Source: Nannocystis bainbridge (GTDB lineage Bacteria > Myxococcota_A > Polyangia > Nannocystales > Nannocystaceae). From it: a stretch of 64,000 nt of DNA. Of this stretch, positions 30,711 to 39,168 are shown piece after piece (position 1 is the first letter of the stretch; every line of letters starts with the position of its first letter). A program made the translations under genes and the position numbers. Below the pieces are notes generated by a model that searched no databases, was not told the DNA's origin, and saw only the letters and a list, made by a program, of their open reading frames with translations. The DNA is taken from the NCBI RefSeq assembly GCF_028368995.1, contig NZ_JAQNDL010000001.1, forward strand, positions 4,128,001 to 4,192,000, in the 5' to 3' direction.

Positions 30711-32306
30711 ATGGACCACGCCGCCTCGCCGAAGAGCCTCGCCGCCGCGCGCCCGACGATCCCCTGCTCCGACCCGGCGACCGGCCAGGCGCTCGGCGAA
30801 GTGCCGGCGATGGACCGCGCCGAAGTGCTGGCCCGCCTCGACCGGGCCCGGACTGCGCAGGCCGCGTGGGCGAAGACGAGCTTCGCCCAGCGCCGCCGGG
30901 TGGTCCGGCGGATCCTTCAGCACCTGCTCGACCACACCGACGAACTCTGCCGCCTGATCAGCCGCGACAGCGGCAAGACGCTCGAGAACGCGACCGTCGA
31001 GATGTGGCCGATCTGCGAGATGCTGCGCTGGAACCTGGCCCACGCCGAGCAGGCGCTGAAGCCGCAGAAGGTCTCGTCCGGCGTGCTCATGCACAAGTCG
31101 GCGCGCATCGAGTACCACCCGCTGGGGGTGATCGCGGCGATCTGCCCGTGGAACTTCCCGCTGCAGAACGTGCTCGCGCCAGCGATCCCGGCGATCCTGG
31201 CCGGCAACGCGGCGATGATCAAGGTGTCGGAGTGGACCTCGTGGTCGGCGCCGCGGATCCAGCAGATCTTCGACGAGGCGCTGCGTGCCGAGGGCCACTC
31301 GACCGACCTCGTGCAGCTGATCACCGGCTACGCCGAGACCGGGGCGGCGCTGGTCGGTGCAGGCGTCGACAAGGTGATCTTCACCGGTTCGATGGCCAAC
31401 GGCAAGCGCGTGCTGCAGACCGCGGCCGAGACGCTGACGCCGGTGATCCTCGAGCTCGGCGGCAAGGACCCGATGATCGTGTGCGACGACGCCGACGTGC
31501 ATCAGGCGGTCCACAACGCGCTGATCGGGACGCTGACGTCGGCCGGCCAGCTGTGCATGGCGGCCGAGCGGATCTACGTGTTCGACGCGGTGTACGACGA
31601 GTTCGTGGCGGCGATCGCCCGCATCGTCGGCAGCCTGCGCCAGGGCCCGCCGCTCGGCGGGGGCGTGGTCGATGTCGGCGCGATGACGATGCCGGGCCAG
31701 GTCGACATCGTCGAGCGCCTGGTCGCCGATGCCGTCCACCGCGGCGCGCGGATCCTCGCCGGCGGCAAGCGCGGCCCCGGCGGGCAGTACTTCGAGCCGA
31801 CGGTGCTGGTCGATGTCGACCACGAGATGAAGATCATGCGCGAGGAGACCTTCGGGCCGGTGATCGCGATCATGCGCGTGCGCTCGGACGAGGAGGCGAT
31901 CCGCCTGGCCAACGACTCGACCTACGGGCTGTCGTCGTCGGTGTTCTCGCGCGACCGCGCCCGCGCCGAGCGGATCGCCCGCCAGATCGTCTCCGGCTCG
32001 ACGGTGATCAACGATTTCGCCATGCACTACATGGCCCACGAGCTGCCGTTCGGCGGCGTGCGCGGGTCGGGCTTCGGCCGCCTCAACGGCCCCGAGGGCC
32101 TACGCGGGCTGTGCAACGTCAAGGCGGTGATCACCGACCGCCTGCCGATCCACGCCGCGGTCGAGATGTACCCGGTCCGCCCCGGCAACTACGAGCAGGG
32201 CAAGGCGATCCTCCACATCCTCTACAGCACGAGCCTGGCCGGCCGCGCGCGCGGGCTCGTCGACATGGGCAAGGCGCTGTGGAAGCGCGCGGCGGCGAAG
32301 AAGTAG
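30711..32306 (+). CDS. Aldehyde dehydrogenase
   Basis: PWNFP, FTGS...GK, LELGGKDP (catalytic Glu), GQLC (catalytic Cys), EETFGP and PFGG...SG.GR motifs. Confidence 0.93.
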   Translation: MDHAASPKSLAAARPTIPCSDPATGQALGEVPAMDRAEVLARLDRARTAQAAWAKTSFAQRRRVVRRILQHLLDHTDELCRLISRDSGKTLENATVEMWPICEMLRWNLAHAEQALKPQKVSSGVLMHKSARIEYHPLGVIAAICPWNFPLQNVLAPAIPAILAGNAAMIKVSEWTSWSAPRIQQIFDEALRAEGHSTDLVQLITGYAETGAALVGAGVDKVIFTGSMANGKRVLQTAAETLTPVILELGGKDPMIVCDDADVHQAVHNALIGTLTSAGQLCMAAERIYVFDAVYDEFVAAIARIVGSLRQGPPLGGGVVDVGAMTMPGQVDIVERLVADAVHRGARILAGGKRGPGGQYFEPTVLVDVDHEMKIMREETFGPVIAIMRVRSDEEAIRLANDSTYGLSSSVFSRDRARAERIARQIVSGSTVINDFAMHYMAHELPFGGVRGSGFGRLNGPEGLRGLCNVKAVITDRLPIHAAVEMYPVRPGNYEQGKAILHILYSTSLAGRARGLVDMGKALWKRAAAKK

Positions 32307-32307
32307 C

Positions 32308-32335
32308 TGTCCCCGGGGACATGCTCCGAAGAGCA
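32308..32335. repeat. Two 14-bp palindromic units at the gene junction
   Basis: tgtccccggggaca|tgctccgaagagca; both have perfectly complementary 5-bp arms. Confidence 0.8.
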
Positions 32336-33283
32336 TGTCGCGGCGGCGCGCTGGTCGTCCTGGCCTGCGGCTGGGCGGCCCTCCGCCTGCAGATGAACGG
32401 CGAGTACAAGGGCGCGACCTGGGCCCAGATCGCCGAGTTCACCGCGCCGCTGCCGTTCGGTCACCGGCCGCTGATGTCGCTGGCGGCCTGGCCGCTGCGG
32501 GCGGCGACGGACTGGCCGCTGGCGCTGGTGTGGGGCGCGCTCGAGGCCGCAGCGGCGCTCGGGCTGTGGCTCGCGCTGCGAGCGGCGCTGCGTCCGCTCG
32601 TGGGTGCCCGTTGGGACATGTTCTTTGCGACATGTTTCTTCGCGCTGCTGGCGTTCCCGCTGCTGCTCAAGCACAAGTGGGCGGTGTTCTACCCGTGGGA
32701 CACGCCGGCGATGGCGTTCACGGCGGCCGGGCTGGCGCTGGTGGCGAGCCGCAGGTTCGCGGCGGCGACCGGGCTGTGCTTCGTGGCGGCGCTGAACCGC
32801 GAGAGCGCGGCGCTGATCCCAGCGGCCGCGCTGGCGCTGCACGTCGGCTTTTCAAGACATGTCCTTCGGGACATCCGAGCAGTGACGGGCCCGGTCCTGG
32901 CGATGACGGCCGCGGTGGTGGCGGCGCGCGCGGCGGTGATGCTGGCGCTGCCCGACAACCTCGGGGCGGCGCTGCACTTCGCCATCGGCAAGAACACGCC
33001 GCGTTGGCTGCACAACCTCGAGTGGCTGGCGGAGCCGGTGCACTGGCTGTGGCTGCCGATGTACTTCGCGCTGCTGCCGGTGGCGTGGGCGCTGCTGTGG
33101 AGGTGGATCTCCGCCGACCACCGCCGCCTCGCGCTGGTCGCCCTGGCGTGGTTCCTCGGCCTGATGCTGGTCGCCAACATCTACGAGCCGCGCGTCTACG
33201 GCGAGCTGCTCGTGCTCCTCTACGTCCCCGTCGCGGCCGCGGCGTGCCGCTGGCTGCGCGCTGATACACTGGGCGCGGCATGA
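32321..33283 (+). CDS. Polytopic membrane protein (possibly GT-C-like)
   Basis: 3' part of ORF 30590..33283, with about 8-9 hydrophobic helices, YPWD, NRES and YEPR motifs, and an ATGA overlap with the next gene. Start uncertain. Confidence 0.65.
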   Translation: MLRRACRGGALVVLACGWAALRLQMNGEYKGATWAQIAEFTAPLPFGHRPLMSLAAWPLRAATDWPLALVWGALEAAAALGLWLALRAALRPLVGARWDMFFATCFFALLAFPLLLKHKWAVFYPWDTPAMAFTAAGLALVASRRFAAATGLCFVAALNRESAALIPAAALALHVGFSRHVLRDIRAVTGPVLAMTAAVVAARAAVMLALPDNLGAALHFAIGKNTPRWLHNLEWLAEPVHWLWLPMYFALLPVAWALLWRWISADHRRLALVALAWFLGLMLVANIYEPRVYGELLVLLYVPVAAAACRWLRADTLGAA

Positions 33284-34047
33284 GCAAGATCGAGCTGACG
33301 CCGGCGCAGAAGCTGGAGATCTTCGAGGAGTACCAGCGACGCATGCGCAGCTGCGTGCCATGGGACGCGGCGATGAAGTGGGCACCGGAGCTCAACCTCG
33401 TGGGCACGTCGTACCGGCCGCTCATCGCCTTCCCCGAGCTGGCGCCGAGCGACGCGCCGGTGGCCGAGCTGAACCCGGCCGAGCACGCCGACTCGCCGAA
33501 CAAGCTGTTCCGCTACTGCATCCGCTTGCACCGCGCTGGCCGCAGGCTGCAGACGTGGTGGGGGCCGGAGACGGGCTCGGTGATCTTTGACAGCGATGTG
33601 CCGATCCCGGCGATCTTCCAGTGCCTCGAGGGCGAGCCCGGGGTGTGGAGCGAGACGCCGTGGATGTCGCTGACGCCGGCCGAGCTGATGACGCTGCGCG
33701 AGGGCACGCGCCAGGCGAAGGGTCGAACGGTGATCGCGGGCCTCGGCCTCGGCCATCAGCTGATCGAGGCGTCGCGCCGGCTGCAGGTCAAGGAGGTGGT
33801 GCTGGTCGAGCGCAGCCAGGAGCTGGTCGATTTCTACCTGCCGAAGATCCGCCCGCACGTGAAGAAGCGCCTGACGGTGATCGTGGGCGACGCGTTCGCG
33901 GTGCTGCCGACGCTGGCGGCCGACGTGGCGCTCGTCGACATCTTTCCGAATTACGGCGGCAACGAGGCGGCGATGCTCGAGCTGCGCCGGCGCTGCCCGA
34001 AGATCAAGAAGCTGTGGGGCTGGGGCACGGCGACGATGTCGCTGTGA
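33280..34047 (+). CDS. Class I SAM-dependent methyltransferase-like (spermidine synthase-like fold) protein
   Basis: WMSLTP.E, TVIAGLGLG (motif I), VVLVE.S and IVGDAF motifs. Confidence 0.65.
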   Translation: MSKIELTPAQKLEIFEEYQRRMRSCVPWDAAMKWAPELNLVGTSYRPLIAFPELAPSDAPVAELNPAEHADSPNKLFRYCIRLHRAGRRLQTWWGPETGSVIFDSDVPIPAIFQCLEGEPGVWSETPWMSLTPAELMTLREGTRQAKGRTVIAGLGLGHQLIEASRRLQVKEVVLVERSQELVDFYLPKIRPHVKKRLTVIVGDAFAVLPTLAADVALVDIFPNYGGNEAAMLELRRRCPKIKKLWGWGTATMSL

Positions 34048-34113
34048 TCGGGACGAACGGTCGACGGGCGGGCGAGCTCCGCGGCATCGTCGCTCGAAAC
34101 GCGCCCCGAGTCT

Positions 34114-35076
34114 TCAGGACATGTCCTTGAGGACACGTCGCAGGAGGTCCGGCGCGCCGTGGGCGGTGAGGCGGCCCGAGGCGTCGATCTGCAGCTCGAC
34201 GTGATCGCGGCCGCGCCACAGCGCCGGGTCGGCGTGGCGCGGGGTGAGGTGGACGATCTGCTGGTTGGTCGAGCCGATCCACCGGCGGCCCGCGGCGGGT
34301 TCGCGGCGGCGGGCGTCGAAGCGGCCGTCGACGAGGGTGTCGGCGGCGTCGAGCAGGGCGCGCGCCCCGGGCATGGCCTGCAGCTCGGCGTGGGTGCGGC
34401 CGGTGAACACGAGGGTGCCGAGGCCGAGCTCGCGGGCGGCCCGGCACAGCGCGGCGACGGCCTCGGGTTGCTCGCTCGGTTCGCCGCCCAGCACGGTGAG
34501 GCCGGTGATCGCGTGGAGGTCGCGAGCGGCGCGCAGCTCGTCGACGAGCGTGGTGATGGCGAGGGCTTCGCCGCCGTCGCGGGCGAACAGCTCGGGGTTG
34601 CAGCAGCCGGGGCAGCGCAGGGTGCAGCCCTGTACCCAAACGGCGAACCGCAGGCCGGGGCCCTCGGCCTCGGTGCAGGCGACCCTGGCGGCGACCCGGA
34701 GCGTCACCGGCGAGGCGAGCGAGTCCCATGTCCCGACGGGCCTCGCGTTCGCGGCGAGGGCCTGCGGGTCCGTCGCAGAATCACATGTCCCTGCGGACAG
34801 CTTCCTCGCGGTTCGCCGCGGCGCCGTCGCGGAATCACATGTCCCTGCGGACAGCTTCCTCGCGGTTCGCCGCGGCGTCTCGACTTGCCCCGAATCCGTC
34901 GCGGAATCACATGTCCCTGCGGACATGTTTTTCGCTTCGAGCCGCGGCGTCTCGCCGTGAGCCGAGCCCGTCGCCGAATCACATGTCCCTGCGGACATGT
35001 CGCTCGCGTCGGGCCCCGTCGCAGCGGCTCGCTCGCTCGGCTCGACCTGCGCGCGGTCGCCTGGCTTTCCGCTCAT
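34114..35076 (-). CDS. Radical SAM protein, NrdG/organic-radical-activase-like, with a repetitive N-terminal extension
   Basis: EGPG.RFAVWVQGCTLRCPGCCNP (CxxxCxxC), GGEP, DGRFD and GSTNQ. The ATG at 35076 lies 1 nt after the upstream stop. Confidence 0.82.
   Translation of the reverse strand: MSGKPGDRAQVEPSERAAATGPDASDMSAGTCDSATGSAHGETPRLEAKNMSAGTCDSATDSGQVETPRRTARKLSAGTCDSATAPRRTARKLSAGTCDSATDPQALAANARPVGTWDSLASPVTLRVAARVACTEAEGPGLRFAVWVQGCTLRCPGCCNPELFARDGGEALAITTLVDELRAARDLHAITGLTVLGGEPSEQPEAVAALCRAARELGLGTLVFTGRTHAELQAMPGARALLDAADTLVDGRFDARRREPAAGRRWIGSTNQQIVHLTPRHADPALWRGRDHVELQIDASGRLTAHGAPDLLRRVLKDMS
34770..34997. repeat. Four copies of a 30-bp repeat (ccgtcgcggaatcacatgtccctgcggaca) at 54/72/72-bp spacing
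   Basis: The core tgtccctgcggaca lies at 34786, 34840, 34912 and 34984. The intervening sequences resemble one another. Confidence 0.9.
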
Positions 35077-35077
35077 G

Positions 35078-35881
35078 TCACTCGTCCAGCGGCGCCGGCA
35101 AATCCTCGGGGGCGTCGTCGTCGTCCGCGGCGAGCGGGGCCGGGTGGAGCGTGCCGGCGAACAGGGCGTGGAGATCGAGCTCCCGGTGCTCGCCGGCCGG
35201 CAGGTCGCGCGGCAGCTCGAGCGGGCCGAACGAGACGCGGCACAGGCCGAGCACCTCGGCGCCGAGGGCGGCGAAGATCCGGCGGACCTCGTGGAACTTG
35301 CCGGAGGCGATCGTGATGCTCGCCAGCGCACCTGTCCCTCGAGGCACCTGAAGACCGGGGTGAGCCTCGCCCTCGGCGAGCGGCAGGAGGTCGAGGATCT
35401 CGGGGCGGTGGCCGTCGTCGAGCTCGAGGTCGGGCGGCGGCGCGCGCCAGGGGCCGGTCAGGGCCGCCTGGTAGGTGCGGCGCACGGCGTAGCGCGGATG
35501 GGTCAGCCGGTGCAGCAGGGCCCCCTCGGTGGTCCACAGCAGGAGGCCGGAGGTGTCGAGGTCGAGGCGCCCGACGGCCCGGAGATCGCGCCCGAGCGGG
35601 GCCTCGCGGACGAGGTCGTAGGCGGTCTGGTGGCGATCGTCGCGCAGCGCCGTGACCACCCCGACGGGCTTGTGCTGCAGCAGGTGATAGCGGACCCGCA
35701 GCGTCAGCGGCTGGTGGTCGAACAGCACCGTCTGCGGCAGGGCGCTCGGCGCGATCTTCAGCCCAGGGTCGCGCAGCGGCTCGCCCTCGGGCGTCCGCAC
35801 CCGCCCGAAACGGACAGCCCGGGTGACCTGCCCGCGCGACAGGTTGAGGTTGTGAGCGATGAGGAGGTCGAGCCGCGGCAC
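35078..35881 (-). CDS. Pseudouridine synthase, RsuA family
   Basis: S4-like N-terminus, HKPVGVVT, VGRLDLDTSGLLL.T, HPRY and GKFHEVRRIF motifs. Confidence 0.9.
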   Translation of the reverse strand: MPRLDLLIAHNLNLSRGQVTRAVRFGRVRTPEGEPLRDPGLKIAPSALPQTVLFDHQPLTLRVRYHLLQHKPVGVVTALRDDRHQTAYDLVREAPLGRDLRAVGRLDLDTSGLLLWTTEGALLHRLTHPRYAVRRTYQAALTGPWRAPPPDLELDDGHRPEILDLLPLAEGEAHPGLQVPRGTGALASITIASGKFHEVRRIFAALGAEVLGLCRVSFGPLELPRDLPAGEHRELDLHALFAGTLHPAPLAADDDDAPEDLPAPLDE

Positions 35882-35943
35882 CCCCGAAGCCTAACCTCGC
35901 TGCGCTCGCCACACCGACGAAAAGCGCGATAGTCTCGCGGCGC

Positions 35944-36543
35944 GTGGGTCGCCCCGAGCCGCTCCCCGACGAACGCAGCGTGGTCGAGAAGGCCGCCGCC
36001 GGGGACCGCCGCGCCTTCGAGCGGATCTACCGGGCCTACGCGCCGACGCTTTTCTCGTACGTGCTGGTGCCGATGCTCGGCGACCGCGACGACGCCAACG
36101 ACTGCCTGCGCGAGACCTTCCTCTCGGCGTATCGCCACTTGCCCACCTTCGTGTGGCAAGAGGCCGGGGTCTACCCGTGGCTGAAGACGATGGCGAAGAA
36201 CAAGGCGCGCGACCTGCTGCGGGCCTCGGGCCGGCGTCAGCGGCTGCGCGGCGCGTTCGAGGAGCACCTCGGCAACGCCGGCGCGACCGAGCCGAAGAAC
36301 CCCGCCGAGGAGGAGCTGCAGCGCGACGCCCTGCGGGTCCGCATCGAGGCCGTGATGGCCGAGCTGAACCCGCGCTACGCCCTGGTGCTGCGCCTGCGTC
36401 TGCTCGAGGATCGTCCGCGCGAGGAGTGCGCCCAGGCCCTCGATGTGAAGATCGGCACGCTCGACGTGCTCCTCTTCCGCGCGTGCAAAGCCTTCCGGGC
36501 CGCGTGCGAAAAACGCGGCCTGCCCGTCACCGCCGAGTTATGA
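35944..36543 (+). CDS. ECF RNA polymerase sigma-70 factor
   Basis: GDRRAFE.IY..YA, D.LRETF..A, WL..MA.NKARD and L.PRY..VL.LR.......EC...L.V..GT....L.RA motifs. Confidence 0.88.
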   Translation: MGRPEPLPDERSVVEKAAAGDRRAFERIYRAYAPTLFSYVLVPMLGDRDDANDCLRETFLSAYRHLPTFVWQEAGVYPWLKTMAKNKARDLLRASGRRQRLRGAFEEHLGNAGATEPKNPAEEELQRDALRVRIEAVMAELNPRYALVLRLRLLEDRPREECAQALDVKIGTLDVLLFRACKAFRAACEKRGLPVTAEL

Positions 36544-36613
36544 CCCATGGCCTCGCGTAAGCTTTTTCCGGCAGCCCTCGTTCAGCCACAGACCGCGCCT
36601 TCAGGAGGCTCGC

Positions 36614-37180
36614 ATGACCGGGTCTGATCCGTCCGCCAACGCCCCCAAGCCCGAAATCGACCGCGCTGCCGCGCGCGGCGTCCTCGACCCGGCGTGGGAG
36701 GACGAGCTGCGGCGCGGCCAGGAGGCCGAGGGCGAGACCGGGTCGATCGAGCCCGAGCTGGCGATGCTCCGTCTGCTGCGCCACGCCAGAGCGCCCGAGG
36801 CGCTGACGGCCGGCGAGCTCGACAAGTTGTGGTCGGGCGAGCTCGCCCCGGCGCTGACGCCGACGCCGTGGTGGCGTCGCCGCTGGTTGTGGGGCGCCGT
36901 GCCCGCGGTGGCCACCGCGGCGGTCGTGATGGTGGTGATCCGCGGGCCCGAACCGCAGCCCCAGGCCAGCGTGACGGCGGCCGCGGCGCCGATGGAGCCG
37001 GGGCTGCTGCAGCCCGCGACCGCGACCGCGACCGCGGGGCCGAGCACCGCGCAGCTGCTCGCCCAGCAGTTCGCCCAGCTCGAGCACGACGCCCGCCGCG
37101 ACCTCGACGACCGCGTCGACGACGACCGCGGCCTCCTCCGCCAGGACCTCCTGGCCATGTCGCTCGGAGACAAGCCATGA
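36614..37180 (+). CDS. Putative single-TM anti-sigma factor
   Basis: Follows the ECF sigma gene; WWRRRWLW precedes a TM helix. Confidence 0.6.
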   Translation: MTGSDPSANAPKPEIDRAAARGVLDPAWEDELRRGQEAEGETGSIEPELAMLRLLRHARAPEALTAGELDKLWSGELAPALTPTPWWRRRWLWGAVPAVATAAVVMVVIRGPEPQPQASVTAAAAPMEPGLLQPATATATAGPSTAQLLAQQFAQLEHDARRDLDDRVDDDRGLLRQDLLAMSLGDKP

Positions 37181-37284
37181 CGCGCCGGATCGCCAGGCCG
37201 CGCAACCGCGACGTCGCGCTCCGACGCGTCGTCCTTCGACATGTCCTTCGAGACATGTCAATCGGAGACAAGCCATGACGCGCC
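37156..37284. repeat. 31-bp direct repeat (2 mismatches) duplicating a stop/start gene junction, enclosing 14-bp units
   Basis: catgtcgctcggagacaagccatgacgcgcc at 37156-37186 versus catgtcaatcggagacaagccatgacgcgcc at 37254-37284. Confidence 0.85.
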
Positions 37285-37817
37285 ACACGTGGATCGCCAC
37301 GCTCCTCGGCGTCGTCGTCGGCGCAGGCGTGATGCTGGCCGGCCTGGCCCAGGCCGGGCGGCTGGCGCCGGCGCCACGGCCCGAGGTCCTCGTCACCCTC
37401 GCCCAGACCGTCGACGCCGAGCACCGGCGGGTCGACCTGCTGCTCAAGCGGCGCGACTACGCCGGCGCGATCGCGGCGCTCGAGCAGATGCGGACCGTCG
37501 CCTGGCCCGAGGCGGCGGTCGCCGGCGACGCCGCCGCGGTGCTGCGCCACGACGTCTACGGCCGCCTGGTCCGCCTCCGCCTCGACCACCCCGAGGTCGA
37601 CCCGAAGACTCCTGACGCGCTGGCCGAGCTCGTCGGCGAGGGGCTCGGCGCCGACTACAAGGCGATCGCCACCAACGCGTTCACCGCCCGCCTCGTCGGC
37701 CTGCGCGGCGAGATCGCCGAGAAGCAGGGCCGCGACGGCGACGCCCTCGTCGCCTACGAAGAGGCCCTCGACATGAACCGCGCCCTGCTCCACCAGGCCC
37801 TGGGGAGCTCGCCATGA
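37275..37817 (+). CDS. Exported TPR-like helical protein
   Basis: N-terminal hydrophobic segment; DYAGAIAALE and LRGEIAEKQGR...AL.AYEEAL TPR-like helices. Confidence 0.65.
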   Translation: MTRHTWIATLLGVVVGAGVMLAGLAQAGRLAPAPRPEVLVTLAQTVDAEHRRVDLLLKRRDYAGAIAALEQMRTVAWPEAAVAGDAAAVLRHDVYGRLVRLRLDHPEVDPKTPDALAELVGEGLGADYKAIATNAFTARLVGLRGEIAEKQGRDGDALVAYEEALDMNRALLHQALGSSP

Positions 37818-37833
37818 CCGGGGTGTCCGGACC

Positions 37834-37903
37834 TGTCCGTTCAGACCTGTTCTTTCGTACCTTGCGTTTCAGACCTGTCGCAATGCACATGTCCCTGCGA
37901 ACA
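37834..37903. repeat. Five degenerate tandem 14-bp units running into the next start codon
   Basis: tgtccgttcagacc|tgttctttcgtacc|ttgcgtttcagacc|tgtcgcaatgcaca|tgtccctgcgaaca. Confidence 0.75.
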
Positions 37904-38395
37904 CTCTCGCTCGCGCTCGCCGGGCTGGCCCTGACCGCCTGCGCCAAGAAGGCCGACACCGAGTCGGCGCCGCCCGAGACGGCCGCCGACGTCGCCGCGG
38001 GGCCGGAGGACATCGACGCCCTCGAGGCCCAGCTGGCCGCGCGTGAGGACCAGCTGCGGGCGCTCGGGGCCCCTCCGCCGGAGATGCGCATGGAGGCGGC
38101 CAAGCGGGCCGAGCACGAGGATGGCGACGCCCTCGCCGGCGCCGGTGATGCGAAGACGAAGACGGAGGCGCAGACGGCCCACGGCCCGGCGCCGTCGTCC
38201 GCACCGACCCAACCCGGCACCTCGCCCCGCCGCTGCGAGTCGGTCTGCGACATCACGACCTCGATCTGCCAGCTGCGCGACCACATCTGCGACCTCGCGC
38301 CGCGCCACGACGACGAGCCGCGCTACCAGCGGGCGTGCGAGCGCGCGACTACCGACTGCGAATTCGCCACGGAGGCCTGCCATGCGTGCTCGTGA
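37883..38395 (+). CDS. Lipoprotein with coiled-coil and 8-Cys C-terminal domain (paralogue A)
   Basis: Lipobox LTAC; RCESVCDITTSICQLRDHICDLAPRHDDEPRYQRACERATTDCEFATEACHACS. Confidence 0.72.
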   Translation: MHMSLRTLSLALAGLALTACAKKADTESAPPETAADVAAGPEDIDALEAQLAAREDQLRALGAPPPEMRMEAAKRAEHEDGDALAGAGDAKTKTEAQTAHGPAPSSAPTQPGTSPRRCESVCDITTSICQLRDHICDLAPRHDDEPRYQRACERATTDCEFATEACHACS

Positions 38396-39134
38396 GCGCA
38401 CCGGCGCCGCGCTGGTGATGCTGGCCACCGCCTGCGCCCCGCAGGACCGCCTCGCCTCGCCGTCTCCACTCGACGCCCCGGCGCCGCAGGCCGCTCCGCA
38501 GGCCGCTCCGCAGGAAGAGGCCGAGCGCGGCAACCAGGACGACGAGCTCGGCCTGGCCGAGTACGAGCGCCTGCTCGCCGACAAGGAGACGCGGCTGCGC
38601 GCCGCCGGCGTGTTGCTGGCCGCGCGCGGGCCGTCGCTCGACGACGCCATCGCCGAGCGAGACCGCGGGCTCGCGCCGCCCGCGGTCGCGCCCGCGGCTC
38701 CATCGGCTCCCGGCGGAGTGATGGGCGGGGCGGTCGGTGAGGGTCGGGTCGCCACGGCCAAGTCCAGGCGGCCGACCAAGGGCGACAGCCCGTCGCCGGA
38801 CGCTTCGGGCAAGCACGAGGCCGCCCCTCCGCCAGCGCCTCCGCCCCGGCCGAAGGACAGCGCCACGCGCGAGAAGAAGGTCCAGTACGACCCGAACCCC
38901 AAGCCGACGACGAGCCAGTCCGGCTACGCCGCCCCGCCGGCCGACGACGAGCCGACGTCAGCGGGTCGTTGCCAGAACATCTGCGATCTGTCTGCTTCGA
39001 CCTGCGAGCTCGAGAGCAAGATCTGCGACCTCGCGGCCAAGCACGCCGACGACCCGCGCTACGGCGACCTGTGCCGCCGCGCCGACGAGGATTGCCGGCA
39101 GGCCGCCGAGGCCTGCCAGCGCTGCTCGCCGTGA
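38382..39134 (+). CDS. Lipoprotein with coiled-coil and 8-Cys C-terminal domain (paralogue B)
   Basis: Lipobox ATAC; RCQNICDLSASTCELESKICDLAAKHADDPRYGDLCRRADEDCRQAAEACQRCSP. Confidence 0.72.
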   Translation: MRARERTGAALVMLATACAPQDRLASPSPLDAPAPQAAPQAAPQEEAERGNQDDELGLAEYERLLADKETRLRAAGVLLAARGPSLDDAIAERDRGLAPPAVAPAAPSAPGGVMGGAVGEGRVATAKSRRPTKGDSPSPDASGKHEAAPPPAPPPRPKDSATREKKVQYDPNPKPTTSQSGYAAPPADDEPTSAGRCQNICDLSASTCELESKICDLAAKHADDPRYGDLCRRADEDCRQAAEACQRCSP

Positions 39135-39168
39135 GCGCGAATGTTGCGACGACGTCCCGCGGACAATG

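Noticed and set aside
30590-32320. 5' two-thirds of the 897-aa ORF 30590..33283
   Set aside because: It is an Arg/Pro-rich off-frame reading of the ALDH gene. Only the part from about 32321 looks like a real membrane protein, and there is no evidence for a frameshift fusion.
34770-34997. 30-bp repeats with 24-42-bp intervals resembling a mini CRISPR array
   Set aside because: The intervals are related to each other, unequal in length and frame-preserving, and there are no cas genes. This is tandem duplication.
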